Shown here: positions 57,951-64,000 of the stretch, piece by piece
How the letters are laid out: every line of letters starts with the position of its first letter
How positions within the stretch are numbered: position 1 is the stretch's first letter
Source: Elusimicrobiota bacterium
GTDB taxonomy: Bacteria; Elusimicrobiota; Endomicrobiia; Endomicrobiales; JBDRNC01
Length of the DNA stretch: 64,000 bases
Direction: 5' to 3'
NCBI GenBank assembly: GCA_043811535.1
Contig: JBDRNC010000004.1
Coordinates: 94,759 to 158,758, forward strand
The notes under the pieces: generated by a model
Databases searched by the model: none
Seen by the model: only the letters and a program-made list of their open reading frames with translations
Told to the model about the DNA's origin: nothing
Program-made: the position numbers and the translations under genes

Positions 57951-58607
57951 TTAATTATTTTTTGCCGATTCATATGCTTTTTGTACTAGGTACTTAATAA
58001 TTTTCTTTTTTTCTTCGTTATCAGTAGTATTTGCTTGAGATGGAATGAGAACATCCACTTCATTATAACCCTTGTAGCAATCAATCCCTGCATTTTTCAG
58101 CGTTTCAATTATTGAATCTACTTGTTCTGCTTTGTATCTAATCTGCACATAACACATTCCTTCGGTTATGCGTGGCCAAAACCATGCATAGTCTTTGGCT
58201 TTCACATCCAATCCCAAAGCAATATAGCTTTGCAAATATCGCACTCTTTGTTTTTCTTTAGCATACTGCTCTACGGATTTTATGATCTCTTCAGTAAATG
58301 ACATGGATGTTTTGTTTGATATTTGCAGCCAATACTCCTTATTGATTTCTATTTCTTCCTTATATTCTTGCGGCTGTTCAATGGGTTCATTATCTAGTTT
58401 CGTAGCAATACCATCAACTTTATCCGATTTATCCCTAAATTTCTCCCTCTCATCATGTAGTTCCTTTATCTCATTGTGCATTTTAAAAAGAACATAAATC
58501 ATAATAAAAGTGAATAGTGCAATTACAACTGAAAGGATTGCAAAAGCCAGACGCATGTATGATGCGTTCAGCTCAACTATTTTTGTTACATAACCGATGC
58601 CGTCCAT
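57951..58607 (-). CDS. Hypothetical membrane-anchored protein with coiled coil
   Basis: One TM helix; SD GGAGG. Confidence 0.65.
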   Translation of the reverse strand: MDGIGYVTKIVELNASYMRLAFAILSVVIALFTFIMIYVLFKMHNEIKELHDEREKFRDKSDKVDGIATKLDNEPIEQPQEYKEEIEINKEYWLQISNKTSMSFTEEIIKSVEQYAKEKQRVRYLQSYIALGLDVKAKDYAWFWPRITEGMCYVQIRYKAEQVDSIIETLKNAGIDCYKGYNEVDVLIPSQANTTDNEEKKKIIKYLVQKAYESAKNN

Positions 58608-58744
58608 TCAACCTCCCGTAGGTTTTTTATGATATTCTATTTTCTGTAAAATCGATTGCGTCAATTTGTATCTATTGCAGCATTTTCTTCGGCTTAGTCA
58701 ATTTATAGATTAGGTCCATCAGCAACGGTAACATCCATCAATTC

Positions 58745-59890
58745 CTATATGATCTCACCAGCCCATAAACGACTTAAAAATACCCGCCACGGTAATATGT
58801 TTATGTTTCCGACTTTTCTTGGTCTTGGATCCTGGGTAACAAGAATAAGTTCTTTTGTCTTATACTCTTCTGAAAAGGCCCTTAAACCTCTGAAGTGTTG
58901 AGATTGAGCCATATCAGTGCTTTTGACTTCTACGGCCACCTGGTGATCACCTAGAATGAAGTCTACCTCTAACTGTGACGTAGTCCTCCAGTAGTTAACC
59001 GGGTACTCCAGCCCGGAGTACTTACTGTGCGCCCATATCTCCTGGTAGATCAGGTGTTCAAACGCCTTACCAAACGCTTCGCTTTTGGCAGCTATATGCC
59101 CCCTGTTTAGCAGGTAGTTCGCCACCGCAACGTCAAAATAGTAGAACTTTGGAGCAAGGATCACCCGGCGCTTCGGTCTTTTCTGGAATGAATGCAGATA
59201 CCTGGCAACCAGTGTATCCTCAAGTATTTGGAAGTATTCCTTAACTGTGGGGCTGCTAACCCCGGTATCGCGAGCAATGTTCTGGTAGTTAACTATTTCA
59301 CCGTTTGAAAACGCTGAAGACTCCAAAAATCTCGTAAACGAGGGTACCTTACGTACCAATGCTTCAGCAGTAATCTCCTCCTTCAGATAACTCCCTATAT
59401 ACGCTGAAAGCATCTTTCCCGGGCCGTTTGAAAGGTAATGCCGTGGGATTAACCCATGATTCAAGGCCCTATCAAGGTTAAAATCAGGTATCTCCTCGCT
59501 CACAAGTGGAAAGAGCTCATATTTTAAAGCTCTCCCACCCAACAGGTTCCCGCCTGATCGGATGAGTTTTCTCGCACTTGACCCACAGAGGATGAACGAA
59601 ATGTTTTTGTTGACTATGAGCCATTGTATCTCGTTTAACAGGCCCGGGATCCTCTGCACTTCGTCAATAATAACTGGAACGGCCGGCTTATGCTTCGCCG
59701 CCAGAATTTCTTCTCTCAATAGGGATGGCTTACGCGTGAATCTTTCAAATTCTTCGGATAACAGGAGATCGTAGTAGGTTGACTCCGGGAATTGTTGCTT
59801 TAATAGCGTGCTTTTGCCGGTTTGGCGGGCTCCCCATAAAAAAGCTGTTTCGTTGTGACGGCCATTGAATTTCTGCAGTCTTTTTAACAT
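58745..59890 (-). CDS. AAA_14 ATPase with DUF4143 PD-(D/E)xK-like C-terminus
   Basis: GARQTGKST, IIDEVQ, GSSA, LLGGRA, PKFYYFD, YWRT..EVDF, VEVK. Confidence 0.92.
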   Translation of the reverse strand: MLKRLQKFNGRHNETAFLWGARQTGKSTLLKQQFPESTYYDLLLSEEFERFTRKPSLLREEILAAKHKPAVPVIIDEVQRIPGLLNEIQWLIVNKNISFILCGSSARKLIRSGGNLLGGRALKYELFPLVSEEIPDFNLDRALNHGLIPRHYLSNGPGKMLSAYIGSYLKEEITAEALVRKVPSFTRFLESSAFSNGEIVNYQNIARDTGVSSPTVKEYFQILEDTLVARYLHSFQKRPKRRVILAPKFYYFDVAVANYLLNRGHIAAKSEAFGKAFEHLIYQEIWAHSKYSGLEYPVNYWRTTSQLEVDFILGDHQVAVEVKSTDMAQSQHFRGLRAFSEEYKTKELILVTQDPRPRKVGNINILPWRVFLSRLWAGEII

Positions 59891-60076
59891 ACTATTATTA
59901 AACCTCTGCTTTATTATAACATGATATTATAAAGTAGTCAATGGCTTCTAAAATATTTTATTCAGCCCCTGTTTGATCCGAAAACCGAGATGAAATTCAA
60001 ATATATTTCTTGTTTTGTCGATTATTTATAGATATTGTCGCATTCTTTATCATTGGTACAGTTTTCTGGGAGAAGG

Positions 60077-61105
60077 TCACTTCCTAACAAGTCCCCTCCT
60101 TGCATTGTCTAAAAATGCTTGAGAGAGTTTGAGAATATGAAACCAAAATCTACCATTTTTTACTGCAAACAAATATATATTCGAGAAATTATTCTCTTTC
60201 ATATTAATAGCTTCCGCTCTATCATAATTTGTTTCTGACCACTCGTTAAATAACTGTTCAGGCAGTTCAAACGTTAACTTCCATTCACCAATTTCTTGAG
60301 GTTTAATCATCCAATATTTGCTTTCTGAGCTCCAATGGATATTAATATTTGTTTGCTGGGCTCTCTGATTAAAAAATGTATCTCTGTTATGATTATGAAT
60401 AAATATTATATCACCTGTATCTAATATACCAATAAGGGCATTTCGAAATAGTTTATTTGAACTTATAACAAATTCGTTAAATACACTGTATTTTTCTTCG
60501 TCATTTATTCTAAATTCAAGTACCTGATTATCTTGGAAACATTTAATTAGTGCCCTAACTTCAAGTTTATTTAACACAATATCATTAATATATGACATCA
60601 AATTATTAAGCAACTGGAATGAAGGATGGTTTTCAAATGATATCAACGGTATGCGATGTGTAGCAGCAAATTCTTGTGCCGGTTTGCCGAATCCTTTAAT
60701 TGAAGCTACCCCTACTTGATACAAATATCTTCTGCAATCATATAAAGCATTAGTTCTTCTGCGATAATTACGTCTTTTTCTCAAAATATCTGGAGTTACA
60801 ATATCAAAGCGATTGATATCCTCACGCAGCCCCAATGCATTTCGTATAACAGGTAATTGAACTTCTTTATTGTACCCCTTACATTCCACTAAAAGTCTTG
60901 CCGGGTAATAAAATGGGATTTGAATGGGTGGTGAAAGCAATACATCTGCATTATGAGGTTGTCCGAGACCATGTACCATTAATCCCGGCCCTCCTTTATA
61001 TATCAAAAAATTATCAGTTTTCACTTGTTTAAAACCACAACTAATTAGATAGTTTCTAACAAACCATTCAAATGCCGCACCTTTGAGTTGAGATTGAGCG
61101 CTCAT
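60077..61105 (-). CDS. Mrr-like PD-(D/E)xK restriction endonuclease
   Basis: KGAAFE, GQPHNADV, LLVECK, GF...A.EFA. Confidence 0.75.
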   Translation of the reverse strand: MSAQSQLKGAAFEWFVRNYLISCGFKQVKTDNFLIYKGGPGLMVHGLGQPHNADVLLSPPIQIPFYYPARLLVECKGYNKEVQLPVIRNALGLREDINRFDIVTPDILRKRRNYRRRTNALYDCRRYLYQVGVASIKGFGKPAQEFAATHRIPLISFENHPSFQLLNNLMSYINDIVLNKLEVRALIKCFQDNQVLEFRINDEEKYSVFNEFVISSNKLFRNALIGILDTGDIIFIHNHNRDTFFNQRAQQTNINIHWSSESKYWMIKPQEIGEWKLTFELPEQLFNEWSETNYDRAEAINMKENNFSNIYLFAVKNGRFWFHILKLSQAFLDNARRGLVRK

Positions 61106-61164
61106 TGTATTGCCTTTTTCTGCATATATATAATTTTATATTGCTTCTATTTCTCTCGATATTT

Positions 61165-63795
61165 TTATACTTTCCAAAGTGTATAAATGTCTTTTCTCTT
61201 ATTAAAAGCTTCTTCCCCTCCTTCCATAATACTGACAATATCTTTCTGGATATTTCTATTATCAATGGAACCGCTATTAATACTTATTTTCTCTTCCGAA
61301 TATTTACAGGCCATAATTTTTTCACTATCACCCAAAACTGGAATATTTGCGTTATGGGTTGCAAATATAAACTGCATTTTTCCTTTAAGTGACTTGAGCT
61401 CTTTAATCACCTCTTCATAGATAGTCTGATTATCTAAATCATCTTCTGGTTGATCAATTATTAAAACGTCATTCTCTTTTTGCGCTAAAAGGAATAAAAT
61501 AAGCGCCGATGCCCTTTGTCCAAGAGAATGATGTGCAAGCATTTTATTTTTATACTTAATGATAAATTTGTTTCCAACTTTAAATGTCAACAAATCATCG
61601 AGATTCTTATCGAATATATTATTAAACTCTACAACTTGATTCTCGCTTAATATTTTATTTAGTTTATTCCTATTTCTATATATTTCAATAAAGTCCTTAT
61701 ATCTTTTTGTAAGATTTTGGTATTTTGGCTCCGTAATTCCACTCCCTTTAAAACAAGTCTTTAGTTTATCTAGAAGACAGTCAACTCTCCCTTTAAATTC
61801 TATCCCTATGGAAAGCGTACTATTTACAGCATTTAATCTTTTGATTTCATCATCTAGTATCTGATATTCTTCATGCCATAAACTATTAAGATCCGTTAAC
61901 AATTTATCAAGCGTTGCTAATATAACTTTACGTTTTTCCTGAGTCTTACCTATTTCCTTTAGACTCGCTGTCAATTCATGTATTTTCTTTTTGTATTTCA
62001 AATAATCATCTGCTTTCAGGTTGGGAATATTGATTTCTCTTTTGATTTTCGCAAATTCTTCTTTTAATGCTTCTTTCCTATCCTTAAGTTTAATAATGAT
62101 TTTCTCATATTGCGCTGATAGGTCAGTCATCTTAGAAGATATTTTACTAATTTTAGAAAATTCATTTTTGAATTGAGTAAATGTACTTTCTGCTTCTTTA
62201 AAGACATCTTTATTTCCATCAGTTTCAAATACAATCTTGGTAATAGTCTCCGTATTATCTTCTGTTACTCTATTTAAATCATTCGATATTTCATCTATTA
62301 ATTCTTTATCCTTTTCGAGCTTTGCAATATCAATTTCATATTGATTCTGTTGGTGAAGTTTATCTTCAATACCTTTTTTCTTAAACACAATTAGCTTATG
62401 TTCGAAATCTTCAATTTGAGCAACTATTTCATTTTTTGACTCATCCAGATCAGATGTTTTCTTTAATTCAGACACATTGCTAATAATTTCTTTTATTTTG
62501 ACATTAATATTTACGTTTATTTCATTTACTTTGTCTCCTATGAGTTTTTGAATCAAATCCGATTCAAAGTCAATGTCTTTATTTGAAAGATCCTTTTGAC
62601 CAAAATATATTGGACTTTGAAAGAACGCATTTAGTGATGCTTTGATCGGTTTTCCATTTTTATAGATATCTGACTGTTGTCCGTATATTTTATCAATTCT
62701 GTATTCCTCTTTTAGTTTATCAACAATTGTAATAGAGACCTTACCACCGCTTTTAAGGACATAATCAATTAGGCCTTTTTTATAATCTTGATCAATTGCC
62801 TTTTTTCCTAATCGAATATCCAACGCATAGCGAATAACCTCGATGATTGATGATTTTCCACTACCTCTTATCCCAATGAAACTATTAAGTTCTGGGGAAA
62901 AATGGCATTCCACACCCCCCAAAAGCCCTCCAGTAAATACTATTGATTTAATGTGTGAATTAGTAATCTCTGGCTTAGTATCAGCTTTTACTCGTCCAGC
63001 TTTGTCTAATAAAGCATATTTGACAGCTTCAAAATTGCAATCACCTATTTTCAAGAAAGTCAGCTTATCATTTTTTCTACCTTTTGTATCTAATTGTATT
63101 CCCAATTTGCCTACTTCTTCAATTGATTTGCAGTCAGAACCCTCAAGACAAGAAGGGATAGATTCCATAGTCTTAAACCATTGAGCTAAATTCTTTAAAA
63201 CATCCGCAGATCGTAGCTTCTGAAATCCGAGCACATTCTGTTGAAATAATTTATCCATTGCCAGCTGACTAATTCTACCACCATCTAACTCATTAACAAA
63301 TCCGTTTTTCTGTTCAACATGCGCCATTATGCAAAACGAATCTCTGCCGCACTTACGATGGTCTTCGATTTTCTCAAACAATGCATTTAAATTATATTTA
63401 CAGCGTGTATTCTTATTGTCTTTATCCCCAATTCCCTCAAAAGCAGCATTTAAAAATTGCTCAATAAAATTGGTTCCATTTTTAATCCATGCTTCATAAT
63501 CATAAATAATCAATGTGTGTATCCCGTTTGCGCCATCATTAATTGATAATTCGACACCTGGAAGAAGATATATTTCTTCTTTATTAGCCTTATCTTTTAA
63601 TGCTTTAAACTCACCCAAATCAAATTTATTGTGATTTGTAATAACACCCATTTTAATATCACTCTTTTTTAATGCTGTTATGTAGGATGAAACAAATGAA
63701 TTTTCTTCACCTTTGAAAATAAACTCCTTATCTGCTTTTGTATGTAGATGAAAATCGGCTTTTAACCAAATTGAACCATTTTGAAAACAATTCAT
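61165..63795 (-). CDS. PHP domain plus ABC-type ATPase (Ppl/TrlF-like putative anti-phage protein)
   Basis: ADFHLHT, ITNHN, LPGVE, AHV, GSD; GIRGSGKS, coiled coil, SLGQ, IIDQPEDDLD, ATHN. Confidence 0.85.
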   Translation of the reverse strand: MNCFQNGSIWLKADFHLHTKADKEFIFKGEENSFVSSYITALKKSDIKMGVITNHNKFDLGEFKALKDKANKEEIYLLPGVELSINDGANGIHTLIIYDYEAWIKNGTNFIEQFLNAAFEGIGDKDNKNTRCKYNLNALFEKIEDHRKCGRDSFCIMAHVEQKNGFVNELDGGRISQLAMDKLFQQNVLGFQKLRSADVLKNLAQWFKTMESIPSCLEGSDCKSIEEVGKLGIQLDTKGRKNDKLTFLKIGDCNFEAVKYALLDKAGRVKADTKPEITNSHIKSIVFTGGLLGGVECHFSPELNSFIGIRGSGKSSIIEVIRYALDIRLGKKAIDQDYKKGLIDYVLKSGGKVSITIVDKLKEEYRIDKIYGQQSDIYKNGKPIKASLNAFFQSPIYFGQKDLSNKDIDFESDLIQKLIGDKVNEINVNINVKIKEIISNVSELKKTSDLDESKNEIVAQIEDFEHKLIVFKKKGIEDKLHQQNQYEIDIAKLEKDKELIDEISNDLNRVTEDNTETITKIVFETDGNKDVFKEAESTFTQFKNEFSKISKISSKMTDLSAQYEKIIIKLKDRKEALKEEFAKIKREINIPNLKADDYLKYKKKIHELTASLKEIGKTQEKRKVILATLDKLLTDLNSLWHEEYQILDDEIKRLNAVNSTLSIGIEFKGRVDCLLDKLKTCFKGSGITEPKYQNLTKRYKDFIEIYRNRNKLNKILSENQVVEFNNIFDKNLDDLLTFKVGNKFIIKYKNKMLAHHSLGQRASALILFLLAQKENDVLIIDQPEDDLDNQTIYEEVIKELKSLKGKMQFIFATHNANIPVLGDSEKIMACKYSEEKISINSGSIDNRNIQKDIVSIMEGGEEAFNKRKDIYTLWKV

Positions 63796-63861
63796 GACAA
63801 TACCTCCAATAAAGATGGTGGTAATCCTTACTTGTTCTAATATTTTATCGTATTATTTCGT

Positions 63862-64000
63862 GTAGGGTCAGGAGTTGGCGCAGTAGTTTAGGCTATGCCT
63901 ATCTGTTTCTGTCCCTTTCGTCTGACAGTGCCTCATTAGCGTAACCATGCCCCGTTTCCAACTCCTGCCACATCAAACCGTACGTGAGGTTTACCTCATA
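63862..64000 (-). mobile_element. Group II intron 3' end (part of domain V and long domain VI); continues beyond window
   Basis: TATGAGG-TAAA-CCTCACGTACGGTTT domain V; CAGGAGTTGG...CCAACTCCTG-A-CCCTAC with bulged A 7 nt from the terminal AC. Confidence 0.9.

Noticed and set aside
109..63184. Numerous plus-strand ORFs in the track (for example 5760..6683, 11456..12241, 41156..42100)
   Set aside because: Antisense shadows of well-supported minus-strand genes with no recognisable motifs

Overview
Bacterial window in which essentially all real genes lie on the minus strand. The style of the PorV-like barrels and C-terminal sorting domains suggests a diderm such as Elusimicrobiota (inference only). 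Positions 1-21.6 kb: mannoside/glycan utilisation region (GH99-like, GH130, large clan GH-A hydrolase, sugar ABC transporter with tandem-duplicated binding proteins, cupin, candidate outer-membrane proteins), interrupted by a GIY-YIG gene flanked by inverted palindromic repeats. 21.9-27.3 kb: orphan OmpR-type regulator and a putative fibre/pilin cluster with chaperone-like proteins and a PorV/PorP-like barrel. Three promoters (12.26, 21.68, 27.51 kb) share a triple TGCGAA direct-repeat box with 11-bp period. 27.8-33.1 kb: pilGHI-like ABC genes, a short divergent sigma-54-like protein, its activator and a canonical -24/-12 promoter driving a short terminated transcript. 33.1-42.4 kb: housekeeping (serA, aminotransferase, lon, clpX, clpP, tig, tRNA-Leu, tRNA-Lys, plus a tRNA-Leu 5' half). 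From about 42.4 kb: a more AT-rich accessory region with secreted repeat proteins, a repeated structured-RNA-like element, a LacI/PQQ-repeat/PorV unit, defence-like genes (NYN, ImmA/IrrE, AAA-DUF4143, restriction endonuclease, PHP-ABC ATPase) and the 3' end of a group II intron at the window edge. All product calls come from motif recognition by eye; no searches were run.
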